From Candidatus Woesearchaeota archaeon (GTDB lineage: Archaea; Nanobdellota; Nanobdellia; Pacearchaeales; GW2011-AR1): a stretch of 64,000 bases of DNA. Location: positions 42 through 64,041 of the forward strand of contig CAZYZS010000006.1 of assembly GCA_964651965.1 (NCBI GenBank), given 5' to 3'. This document shows, one piece after another, positions 43,618 through 52,570 of the stretch (position 1 is its first letter; every line of letters starts with the position of its first letter). The notes under the pieces were generated by a model. The model was not told where the DNA came from. It made no database searches and saw only the letters and a program-made list of their open reading frames with translations. The position numbers were made by a program, and so were the translations under genes.

Positions 43618-44487
43618 ATGAAAAATCACGCTGAAATTAAAAGAGTAAGGGCGCCTGTAAGGATTGATTTTGGCGGAGGAACAACTGATATTTATCCGTT
43701 TACGCATCTTTATGGAGGGGCTGTTTTAAATGCGGCGATTGATAGGTATGTTGTTGGAAGGATAGTAAGGTCCGATAAGGAAGTTGGATTGCAGTATCAT
43801 GCTGCTATTCCTACATCTTCGGGACTAGGGACTTCGGGAGCAATGACTCTTGTATGGCTGGCTTTAATCTCCAAGCTGAAAGAATTTACAAGAGAAGATA
43901 AAATGAGGCTGGCAGAGCATGTTTATGTTCTTGAAAAGACTTTTGGAGGGTGTAATGGAAAACAAGACCAGTATGCCGCTGCAATGGGCGGAATAAACTT
44001 CATGGAATTTCACAACGATAGGGTAAAAGTTACTCCCATAAAACTGCCGCATAAAGTGGTTAGAAAGCTGGAAGACAACTTGGTTTTGGTTTATACAGGA
44101 AAACCGCATTTAGCGGGTAGCTCTAATAAACATGCTATTGATAATTTAGTTAAGGGGAAAAATAATGATAACCTTCTTAGGCTGAAACATATTGCAGAAA
44201 ATATGAAAGAGGCGCTTATTAAAAGAGATTTAGGGAAATTTGCAGAGCTTATGAATAAAGAAACAGAAGAAAGAAAACTTCTAAGCAAGGCAACTATCCC
44301 TGGAAAGATAAGAAGAATCATTAAATCAGGTATAGAGCATGGTGCAGTAGGGGCGAAGGTTTGCGGAAGTGGAGGGGGAGGAAGTATTTTGTTTTATGGA
44401 GATAAAGTAAGATTAAAAGAGAGGTTTGGAAGTAAAGTGATTAATTTTAAGTTTGATTTTGAAGGGTTAAAGGCTATTAAAGACTAA
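43618..44487 (+). CDS. GHMP-family sugar kinase
   Basis: RAPVRIDFGGGTTDI, AIPTSSGLGTSGA (GHMP motif II), KVCGSGGGGS (motif III). Confidence 0.75.
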   Translation: MKNHAEIKRVRAPVRIDFGGGTTDIYPFTHLYGGAVLNAAIDRYVVGRIVRSDKEVGLQYHAAIPTSSGLGTSGAMTLVWLALISKLKEFTREDKMRLAEHVYVLEKTFGGCNGKQDQYAAAMGGINFMEFHNDRVKVTPIKLPHKVVRKLEDNLVLVYTGKPHLAGSSNKHAIDNLVKGKNNDNLLRLKHIAENMKEALIKRDLGKFAELMNKETEERKLLSKATIPGKIRRIIKSGIEHGAVGAKVCGSGGGGSILFYGDKVRLKERFGSKVINFKFDFEGLKAIKD

Positions 44488-44562
44488 ACTGGTTAATTTA
44501 ATTTATCAAAATGTTTAAATATGCTATTTTGTTAATGTATCAATTAGAAAAGAGGGCTAATT

Positions 44563-47500
44563 ATGGCAAAAAAAAAGAGTAATAAAAACATAAAAGAGAA
44601 CATACCTTTTTTTACTAAACCCTTCAAGGAAAAAGGTAAGGGCAAGAAAAGTCTAAGGAAAAAAAGTTCCATCTTCAAGAAGATAGACCAAAAAGAAGAA
44701 GATATAATCGCCGGAGCTTTTAAGAACAAGCTTTCTAAGCCCAAGGCCAAGTCCAAACCAGAAAAAGAGAAAGTTATAGTTGCTCCTTCCAAGCCAAAGA
44801 GCAAGAATAAAAACCTCTATCTGATTATAATCCTAGTGGCTATATTGTTGCTAATTGTATTTTTCTTTCTAATCTACTTGCTTTATCCTTATTTAGAAAG
44901 ACCGAGAGATAGAAATCTTGAAGCAGGAGAGAATGTCGAGACTGCAGTTGTTAGAGCAGACTCTACTTTAGATGTACACCTCAAAGATTTTAATCCTGAT
45001 ACTCTTTTATCTGTGAAATTTATCCTTCTAGGAAATGCAGAATATTACTACGAAACTAGCGGTATAAAACAGGACTATACTTTCTATCCTTCTGACTTTG
45101 GAATAAACAATTTTGATTCGGTAGTTAAAGCAAGCGCGGTTTTCACCTATAAAACCGAGCCAGTTCCTCCTGGAGGCGGAACTACTCCTCCTACTCAAAC
45201 AAAACCTAACTGCACCGATGGAAAAAAGAATGGCGGTGAAACAGGGGTAGATTGCGGAGGGAGTTGCAAGGCATGTAGTCCTCCGGGTGGAGGTGGAGGA
45301 AGCCCAGGGGGTGGAAGCGAAACTCCTTGTACACCTAAAACCTGCGCAGATTATGCTGGAAAGTGCGGGAGTTTTTCTAATGGTTGTCCTGGAGGGACAT
45401 TAACCTGCACGTGCAGCGAGGGATTTTATTGTTATACAGGAGCAGGGGCTTCATCAAGTGTTTGTGTTAATAATTCTTTTAGCTGTGTTGATTCTGATGG
45501 AGGAAAAGATTACTATACCAAAGGAAATGTAACTGTCAATAATTCTAATACGATTATATCTAAAGAAGATACTTGTTTTGGCAGTTTAACTGAGTTTTTT
45601 TGCTATTATAATGGAAGTGTTTTTGAAGCAAGAAACGAGAGCTATAAATGCCCTTACAGATGTAAACTTACAGGAGGAGCATGCGAGAGACTTCTATGTG
45701 AGGCAGATGCCAACTGCACAACTTTAAACCTCCCTAAAATAGAATCATGTACTAATATTCCTGATAGCAATCCTTTTACCTGGGATTATAGGAATGAGTT
45801 CATTAGCACTTGTGTAAGCAAGGAATGTACCTATGGAGACGAAAGCGTAAGCAGCAAATGCATTAACACTAAATGTGGAGCAGAGTGCAACGATGGAGAT
45901 ACTCAAGAATCTGCAAATACCTATTGTTTAAACAACGATCTTTATAGATTTGTTTATGAGTGCAACAGCACATGCAGGCTTTCTAATTTAAGCACTGCAA
46001 ATGATATTCTTTCGGATAATTGTGTGAGAACCTGCAATCCAAGCGGATGCAACTTCACCACTAGAAAATATGTCACTTATAATGCGAGTTCTGATTTATG
46101 CCCAAACAACAGGTGCGTAGAGCCTGCTAACTGCACTACGCCTATTTCATCAGTTTGCGATAAAGATTGCGGAGCAGAGTGCGAAAATGATGATAACTGT
46201 ATAGGTGAAAAAGTGTGTGATAGCAACTGTAATTGTCAGGGATTTGAATGTACCAGCCATGTTAGCTGTGGAGCAGGCAAATACTGCGATTCATCTGGAG
46301 TATGCCAACCTAGATTAAACGAAGGAACAGACTGCGGAGGAGTGGAACATCCTGTCTGGCCAGGGCAGTCTACAGATTATGTTTGTTCTGGGCAATGCAA
46401 GGCAGACTATGATGGAGACGGAAAATACTGCGTAGCACTCGCTTCTTCTTGTACTCATAATGCAGTAACTTATCTTGATGGTTCACGCGCTCCTGATTGT
46501 CTTAGCTCAACTAACGAGAGAAAATGTATGATTGGGATATGGACATCTGGAACAACTTGCGAGGATGCTGACAAGTGCAATGGCATTTCGGAGTGTGAAG
46601 ATGGGGCATGCCAACCAGGCACCTCTCTTATTTGCAATGATAATAACGCATGTAATGGTCTAGAAACTTGCAGTCCTGCTTCTGGATGTGTTGATGGGAT
46701 CGCTCCTAATTGCAATGATTTGGTTGGTTGCACTGAAGATAGCTGCCACCCTCTTTCAGGATGCATGAATCTTCTTAACGATAGCAAATGTGAAGTCTGG
46801 GAGTCTTGCACTTCTCCTGGTGGATGTGTTCAAAGTTCATGTTCTGGTTGCACTGATTGCAATGTATGGAATAAAACTGCCGAACCTTGCGATTATAATA
46901 AATGTCATAATAAATGCAATAAAATAGGAAGCTGCTACTTCTCTGGGAATGTCCTTGGACCTTGCGTTTCTTTAACCACTGCATGCTCTTCGATAACTGC
47001 CTGCGCGGATTATTCACAGGCTGAATGCGAAAATGACCCCTGTGGGAAATCTGATACCGGTTGCATATGGGATGCAGATACTTGCATAGTAAAACCGGTA
47101 TGCGGAAATAATGTTCTAGAAAGAACAGAGGTTTGCGATAACTCCCAATTGGGTGGAAAAACATGTGGGAGTTTCTTTGATCATGCAAGTCCAATACCGG
47201 GCGCGGAAACATTAAGATGTTGCAGTTCTACGAGTCCTCCTAATTGCAGCAGTTTTGACTTTTCCTCCTGCAAAAATAAGACTTATACTTCTTGTAGTGA
47301 TAGCGATGGAGGACTAGATTACTATACTTACGGAAGACTGAGCAGTCTTCAATATACTTTTAATTATGGGGCCGATTGTAGTGGAGCCATAAGGTATGGT
47401 GGTGTAGGATCAGAGATTGGCGGCTATAATGATTATTGTGTTGGCGAAAATACTTTAAGAGAGTATTACTGTGACGCAGATAAATCGCCGCATTATGTGG

Positions 47501-47643
47501 ACTATTCTTGCGGTGCTGGGCACAATCTATGCAATAATAGGCGTGGAGTGTGTGTCGGTGGCTACCTGCCTTCATTGAGCATATGGGAAAGCATAAAGCA
47601 GTTTTTTAGCAACTTATTCCAAATGATCTTGGGTCTATTTTAA
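44563..47643 (+). CDS. giant cysteine-rich type-II-anchored surface protein (1026 aa)
   Basis: Lys-rich ~95-aa N-terminus, a single TM (LYLIIILVAILLLIVFFFLIYLLY), then a ~900-aa ectodomain with ~95 Cys by hand count, Gly/Pro linkers (PPGGGGGSPGGGSETP), the motif NCTDGKKNGGETGVDCGGSCKAC and a repeated C-x-DSDGG-x-DYYT-x-G...EYYC module. AAAGAGGG SD upstream. Confidence 0.85.
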   Translation: MAKKKSNKNIKENIPFFTKPFKEKGKGKKSLRKKSSIFKKIDQKEEDIIAGAFKNKLSKPKAKSKPEKEKVIVAPSKPKSKNKNLYLIIILVAILLLIVFFFLIYLLYPYLERPRDRNLEAGENVETAVVRADSTLDVHLKDFNPDTLLSVKFILLGNAEYYYETSGIKQDYTFYPSDFGINNFDSVVKASAVFTYKTEPVPPGGGTTPPTQTKPNCTDGKKNGGETGVDCGGSCKACSPPGGGGGSPGGGSETPCTPKTCADYAGKCGSFSNGCPGGTLTCTCSEGFYCYTGAGASSSVCVNNSFSCVDSDGGKDYYTKGNVTVNNSNTIISKEDTCFGSLTEFFCYYNGSVFEARNESYKCPYRCKLTGGACERLLCEADANCTTLNLPKIESCTNIPDSNPFTWDYRNEFISTCVSKECTYGDESVSSKCINTKCGAECNDGDTQESANTYCLNNDLYRFVYECNSTCRLSNLSTANDILSDNCVRTCNPSGCNFTTRKYVTYNASSDLCPNNRCVEPANCTTPISSVCDKDCGAECENDDNCIGEKVCDSNCNCQGFECTSHVSCGAGKYCDSSGVCQPRLNEGTDCGGVEHPVWPGQSTDYVCSGQCKADYDGDGKYCVALASSCTHNAVTYLDGSRAPDCLSSTNERKCMIGIWTSGTTCEDADKCNGISECEDGACQPGTSLICNDNNACNGLETCSPASGCVDGIAPNCNDLVGCTEDSCHPLSGCMNLLNDSKCEVWESCTSPGGCVQSSCSGCTDCNVWNKTAEPCDYNKCHNKCNKIGSCYFSGNVLGPCVSLTTACSSITACADYSQAECENDPCGKSDTGCIWDADTCIVKPVCGNNVLERTEVCDNSQLGGKTCGSFFDHASPIPGAETLRCCSSTSPPNCSSFDFSSCKNKTYTSCSDSDGGLDYYTYGRLSSLQYTFNYGADCSGAIRYGGVGSEIGGYNDYCVGENTLREYYCDADKSPHYVDYSCGAGHNLCNNRRGVCVGGYLPSLSIWESIKQFFSNLFQMILGLF

Positions 47644-47676
47644 ATTAAAGAACTCTACAAATAGGTTTATTGGATT

Positions 47677-48474
47677 ATGGCTCACTATTTAAGAAATCTA
47701 AAGCAAGTAAGTAAAGTAGATTGTTCTTGTGGTTGGAGTAGGAGGCCATTTGCTGACCATCCGGCGTATGCTATCGCAAGCTTACATGGAACTATTTTCA
47801 CAGCTGAAAAAGAGGCATTTCCCCATTTTCATGTTCCAGTAGGCGATAGGAGGGCTACACACGAAACTTATCTAGTAACTTCTGAAAATACAAGAAGGGG
47901 CGCTCTAATTTATCTGGGAAAGATGGCAGTCGAAGCAAAACCCGGAATTGTTGTTTATGTTCATCCAAACACAGTTCACGGGGGTATCGGCAATTTTACA
48001 GCTTTAATCTTGGGTTCTCCTGGTTTTTCGAAAGAGGGTAATGTCGAAATTGATGACACTGAAAGCAAAGATACAATCATACTTAGGAGTAAGGGAAATA
48101 TAATTACACCCTCAGAGTACAAAGAGGGACTTGTTTTGCTAACTGCTAAGAAACCTACATTATCCTTTTCACATTTTTATGGTAAAGAAGGAATAGCTTT
48201 ATTATTAACCCAAACAGTTGAGAATAGACTATATTGCGCAGCAGTTCCGTATGATAGATTAGATTGGGACGCTTTTCAAAGAGCAAATGGTCCTACCTAT
48301 GTAACTGTGCTTGGTGGAGAAGGAAGTATTCATATCGAAGGTGGAGAGACAGCAGTTAGAGAACTAGATACTTTATTATTAGAGCAAGGAACAAGCTTCT
48401 CGTTAGAGGGGGGCTTGTCAACGGCTATTATGGTCTTACATCCACAAAACGTAGAAAAATTGATAAGACATTAG
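47677..48474 (+). CDS. hypothetical cupin-like protein
   Basis: FPHFHVPVGDRRATHETYLV...VVYVHPNTVHG resembles a cupin metal motif. The C-terminal half may be a second beta-barrel. Ala/Gly/Arg-richer composition than neighbouring genes. Confidence 0.45.
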   Translation: MAHYLRNLKQVSKVDCSCGWSRRPFADHPAYAIASLHGTIFTAEKEAFPHFHVPVGDRRATHETYLVTSENTRRGALIYLGKMAVEAKPGIVVYVHPNTVHGGIGNFTALILGSPGFSKEGNVEIDDTESKDTIILRSKGNIITPSEYKEGLVLLTAKKPTLSFSHFYGKEGIALLLTQTVENRLYCAAVPYDRLDWDAFQRANGPTYVTVLGGEGSIHIEGGETAVRELDTLLLEQGTSFSLEGGLSTAIMVLHPQNVEKLIRH

Positions 48475-48480
48475 ATAAGT

Positions 48481-49614
48481 TTACCAGTATTTTTCATAGA
48501 TATTAAAGGTTTTTTTGGCTATTATGTTCCAGCCAGAAACATTTTTCACATATGCTAGGGCATTTCTGCTGTATTTTTCTCTTAGTTTTTTGTCTGCTAA
48601 AAGCCTGTTTATTGCTCTCCAGAAATGCCTTCTGTTTTTTACTGCTATTCCTGCATGGCTGTTCCTTATCTCTGCCCCAAGCCCTTCAATATCAGTTACA
48701 ATTGAAGGAGCTCCAACTGAGAATCCGTGAGCTAAAACTCCTGACTGACTTTCACTTTTATAAGGAAGAATATGAATATCAAAACTTGCCAGCCTTCTAT
48801 AAAATTCTATTTCGCTATAATTCTTCACACTAAATTCAATGTTTTTCATTACAGGGGAGGCTAAGATAGCCTCTAGGACTTTATCAATATACAACCGAGT
48901 TTCAATTACAGATTCTGGCTTTAATTCAAGGGCCAAAATGGCATTTGGAAACCTTTTTACTACCCTTGGCCACTGCTTAATCAGTGTTCTGAATCCTTTT
49001 CTCTCGCTTGCCAATCCAGCTGTTCCTACTACCAAGTCTTTGTCTGTATAACCAAAAGCTTTTCTGACCTCTTCTTTGTTTATTTTGACATCTTCTCTTG
49101 AACCATGGGGGAGGATATACACATTTTTAGGCGCCCATCCTATATTCTTTTTCAAGTTGTCTTTTTGATATTGTTCATGTAGAATTCCTGCATCAAGTTT
49201 TTTCAGAGACTCGCTTACAAAGTAGGAAAAATCAGGATTAAGCTCTGCATAAACGCTATGATAAGTCATAACAACAGGAATGCCGAGTTCTTTAATCATT
49301 CCGATAAGTTCAAGTACTCTTTTATTTTTATCCTGCTCTGTTTCGTACAAGCCATATTCATGCTGTATATGTACTATCGAGGGTTTTTCTTTTTTAATAA
49401 CGGCAAGAACTTTATAATGCCATTCTTTATCATTTTTATTGTAGATAACTTGATAATCTGCCATCTCTGCATCGGTATGCGCAATTATCTTAAACTGTAT
49501 TTTCTTTCCTGTTTTTTTGGCATATTTTTTTATTGAAGAAATATAATTTTCTGAATAGAAAGCAATACCACACTGCCTAGGCAAGTAACTTGAAATCCAT
49601 ACCACTTTTTTCAT
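48481..49614 (-). CDS. GT4-family glycosyltransferase
   Basis: GT-B length; GTAGLASERKGF, ILPYKSESQSGVLAHGFSVGAPSIVTD. Confidence 0.75.
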   Translation of the reverse strand: MKKVVWISSYLPRQCGIAFYSENYISSIKKYAKKTGKKIQFKIIAHTDAEMADYQVIYNKNDKEWHYKVLAVIKKEKPSIVHIQHEYGLYETEQDKNKRVLELIGMIKELGIPVVMTYHSVYAELNPDFSYFVSESLKKLDAGILHEQYQKDNLKKNIGWAPKNVYILPHGSREDVKINKEEVRKAFGYTDKDLVVGTAGLASERKGFRTLIKQWPRVVKRFPNAILALELKPESVIETRLYIDKVLEAILASPVMKNIEFSVKNYSEIEFYRRLASFDIHILPYKSESQSGVLAHGFSVGAPSIVTDIEGLGAEIRNSHAGIAVKNRRHFWRAINRLLADKKLREKYSRNALAYVKNVSGWNIIAKKTFNIYEKYW

Positions 49615-49663
49615 GCATAAAAAAAGAAAGGCGGCTTTAAATAGGTTTTGATTTATTTGTTTT

Positions 49664-51913
49664 TTACTTCTTCTCTCTCTTCAATTCTTCCAAGAAAAGT
49701 CTTGCAGTAAGATAAGAGATAGTAGATTCTGCGCCCTGGTTTAGGTTTACAGTGTGCCTTCCTAGTCCATCATAACATCCACCCGTTGCCTCGTCGTACA
49801 TCATCTGCTTTAAATGATTTTTTCCTAAGAACCAGTTAAAAGCTAACACCGCCTTATCGTAGAAATCTTTTTCTTTGGTTATTTTGTAGGCTGTTAAGTA
49901 TGTTAAAACAAGTCCAGAAACATCTAAAGGTTGTTGGTCAAAGAAAGCCCGCTCTCCATGCCTATTATACCATCCATTTTGCCCAATTGGACAGAATTCT
50001 CCATCTATAAGAGTAAGATTTGTTAGAAAGTCAAGAGTTTTTCTTGCAACTTCTAAGTATTGCTTATCTCCAGTTAAGCTATGAGCGAAAAATAGAGATT
50101 CTGGAAGAGTGGAATTGGAGTAAGTTAAAATAGCCTCGAACCAGTGCCATTCCTTTGAAGACTCTCTTTTATAGAGGCTTGTTAAATCGTTTGCAAGCTT
50201 CCTTAATTTGGATAGGGTTTCTATGTTCCCTTGGCTTTGGTAATAATGGCCTAACCCAAGGATGCAAGAAGCTTTTGCCCTTGGGGATGTTATATTGTCG
50301 ATATGGCTAATAGACCTATCAAACAATAGCTTTGCCTTTTCTTTAATTTCAGGGTCATTGGAGTTATTTATGGCAAAGCCCAAAGCCCAGATTGCCCTTC
50401 CAAAGGAATCCTGGCTATGCGGATTAGTCAGCTCTTCTTCGTTGCCTAAATTGTTTTTGAAGTTTCCATCTTGCTCCTGGGCTTTTTCTAAAAATTGAAG
50501 GTAAGTTTTTGATAGTTTTGAGGAAAGGTCTGAAGAAGGGCTATCGTACATTTTAGAGTGCTGAACCGCAAAAATCAGCGCTCTAGCATTATCGTCTAAA
50601 GTATATCCAGAGCTTTTGTCAGGAGCAGAGTGCCTGCAGAATTGTATCATTCCCACTTCGTCAGTTAGATTCCTTAGATGGTTTAGCTTAATCTTAGGGA
50701 ACTTTTCAATAGTTTCTTCTCTAAGCTTTACTATTTCATTAAATATTCTAAGATACTGTATGGCTACGTTTCTCCAGGTCATTTGCCTTGAGAAAGCGTA
50801 AGCTAACCTCTCCATCTCTTTTTTCATTTCTGGATTGGAAAGTATTTTGTCAATGGCTCTTGCAAAAGCGTCTGGATTCTTGAACTCTGCTAGCATTCCT
50901 CTTCCGTCGGCTAGGAGCTCTTCTGCGCAAAAACTCGGGGTGGCGACAACTGCTCTTCCCCCATAACCAATAGCTTCTGCAATAGGCCCGCTGGACATCT
51001 GATTCCTCTCTAAATTTGTTCCGATATAGATATCTGCAGCAAGCATATATTGAATCCATTCTTCATCACTCACATACTTATTGTAGAACTTGACATGCTT
51101 GTCCACACCTAATTTTTTGGAGAGATTTATAAGCTCGTTTCTATAGCTTTCTCCTTCGTGCTTTCTTACAGCAGGATGAGTTTCTCCAACCACTAGATAA
51201 AGCAGCTCAGGATATTTCTTGACTAGTTTGGGCAGGGCCTGAATCATATATTCTATGCCTTTTCCTCTGCTAACAAGCCCGATGGTAAGCAGGACTGTCT
51301 TTCCACTTAAGCCGAGCTTCTTTTTGGCATTTTCAGTTCCTTGGAAAGGAACATTTTCAATTCCGTGATAGACAACGCGAATCTTTTCTCTCTCAATTCC
51401 GTAATCTTTGACAAGTATATCTGCAGCAGCATTTGCCAGGACAATAAGAGCTGAAGAGCGCTTGGCAATTGATTGAACTACTCTTTTCATTTGGTCGTCG
51501 GGGTCTGGAAGTACCGTATGAAAAGTAACCACGACTGGCTTTTGCAGGGCTTCTAGAAATGGAACAATATAACTCCCATACTCCCCTCCAAAAATTCCAA
51601 ATTCGTGCTGGACGCATATAATCTTTAGGTCCTCTGACTCGTTGATTCTTTTTGCTATTTCTATATAACTCTCTATATCATTTTTGGAGACTTGGTGAAT
51701 TACCCTGTTACTATAATCATAAAAGCTCTCTTCGTCATTTATTGCTATAACCTTAGACTTCACCTTAGGATTCCATTGCTTATCCATAGCAGATGACAGA
51801 TGCTTGCTAAAAGTGGCTATCCCGCATTCTTTAGGCGGAAAATTGCTAAAAAAACAAACTTTGGAATTTGGAAGACAATCAGAGAGGTCATCTTCCTCGT
51901 CTTTAATTTTCAT
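49664..51913 (-). CDS. GT4 glycosyltransferase fused to a C-terminal (alpha/alpha)-barrel-like domain
   Basis: 749 aa. The N-terminal ~390 aa is GT4 (LLTIGLVSRGKGI, GTNLERNQMSSGPIAEAIGYGGRAVV). The C-terminal ~350 aa is helical-repeat rich (DDNARALIF, GRAIWALGF, FDQQPLDVSG, GGCYDGLG). Confidence 0.7.
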   Translation of the reverse strand: MKIKDEEDDLSDCLPNSKVCFFSNFPPKECGIATFSKHLSSAMDKQWNPKVKSKVIAINDEESFYDYSNRVIHQVSKNDIESYIEIAKRINESEDLKIICVQHEFGIFGGEYGSYIVPFLEALQKPVVVTFHTVLPDPDDQMKRVVQSIAKRSSALIVLANAAADILVKDYGIEREKIRVVYHGIENVPFQGTENAKKKLGLSGKTVLLTIGLVSRGKGIEYMIQALPKLVKKYPELLYLVVGETHPAVRKHEGESYRNELINLSKKLGVDKHVKFYNKYVSDEEWIQYMLAADIYIGTNLERNQMSSGPIAEAIGYGGRAVVATPSFCAEELLADGRGMLAEFKNPDAFARAIDKILSNPEMKKEMERLAYAFSRQMTWRNVAIQYLRIFNEIVKLREETIEKFPKIKLNHLRNLTDEVGMIQFCRHSAPDKSSGYTLDDNARALIFAVQHSKMYDSPSSDLSSKLSKTYLQFLEKAQEQDGNFKNNLGNEEELTNPHSQDSFGRAIWALGFAINNSNDPEIKEKAKLLFDRSISHIDNITSPRAKASCILGLGHYYQSQGNIETLSKLRKLANDLTSLYKRESSKEWHWFEAILTYSNSTLPESLFFAHSLTGDKQYLEVARKTLDFLTNLTLIDGEFCPIGQNGWYNRHGERAFFDQQPLDVSGLVLTYLTAYKITKEKDFYDKAVLAFNWFLGKNHLKQMMYDEATGGCYDGLGRHTVNLNQGAESTISYLTARLFLEELKREKK

Positions 51914-52085
51914 TTTTCCCTTTTTATTATTTGGACTAACAGCTAGAAGTTTTTAAACTCTTCTATATTGCAGTTATAACTCTAAAGTGGGAAAAGTTTT
52001 TTGGGGCTTTTGTTAGTATCAATCTAAGGATAAATGTATTCTGAAAGATAATAATATTTTTAAAGGAAAATTGTATGAGTTATTT

Positions 52086-52496
52086 ATGGCAGAACACAAT
52101 TATAAACTTACAGGGTCTGGAAGGACTGTTAGAGAGGCAGATAGGTCATTGGGACAACAGAGAAGGGATTTGATGGCAAAGATGAAATCAAGAGGAGCCA
52201 ATCAAGAATTTAATGTGGCTTCTACTGAATATCATGCAGCCTATACCCTTAAACCTGGTAGAAAGGCAGGAGAGCATCCAAGCATGTTTAAGCAGGATAG
52301 TCCTGATGGATGGGCTGCTTTAAGAACTAATGCGGCAAAGGTTGTTCCTTTAGGGAATTACGGCGTAAGTTATGCAGTTGACCAGTTTTTAAACCTGACA
52401 GCTGAACAGATAGCTGCAACACAAGCAAAACAGTCTCCTGCAGGAAGACCTTACGAAAGACCTTCTGCTTTAGATAGACTAGAAGAAGTCAGGTAA
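52086..52496 (+). CDS. hypothetical soluble protein (136 aa from ATG 52086)
   Basis: Track ORF starts at TTG 52071; ATG 52086 (MAEHNYKL) is more likely. No TM and no motif recognised. Ala/Arg/Gln-rich. Confidence 0.5.
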   Translation: MAEHNYKLTGSGRTVREADRSLGQQRRDLMAKMKSRGANQEFNVASTEYHAAYTLKPGRKAGEHPSMFKQDSPDGWAALRTNAAKVVPLGNYGVSYAVDQFLNLTAEQIAATQAKQSPAGRPYERPSALDRLEEVR

Positions 52497-52543
52497 AATT
52501 TTTTGGCAGATAATTAATGTTCATTTAGTTAGAGGTTGATAGC

Positions 52544-52560
52544 CTCAGATGATTTCTGAG
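52544..52560 (+). terminator. hairpin CTCAGA-TGATT-TCTGAG followed by TTTTATT
   Basis: Read directly; sits between 52496 and 52571. Confidence 0.35.
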
Positions 52561-52570
52561 TTTTATTAAA

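Noticed and set aside
46470-47575. Minus-strand ORFs 46470-46811, 46775-47212 and 47360-47575
   Set aside because: They are antisense to the 1026-aa Cys-rich gene. The higher local G+C reduces stop-codon frequency and yields long shadow ORFs, and none has sensible features.
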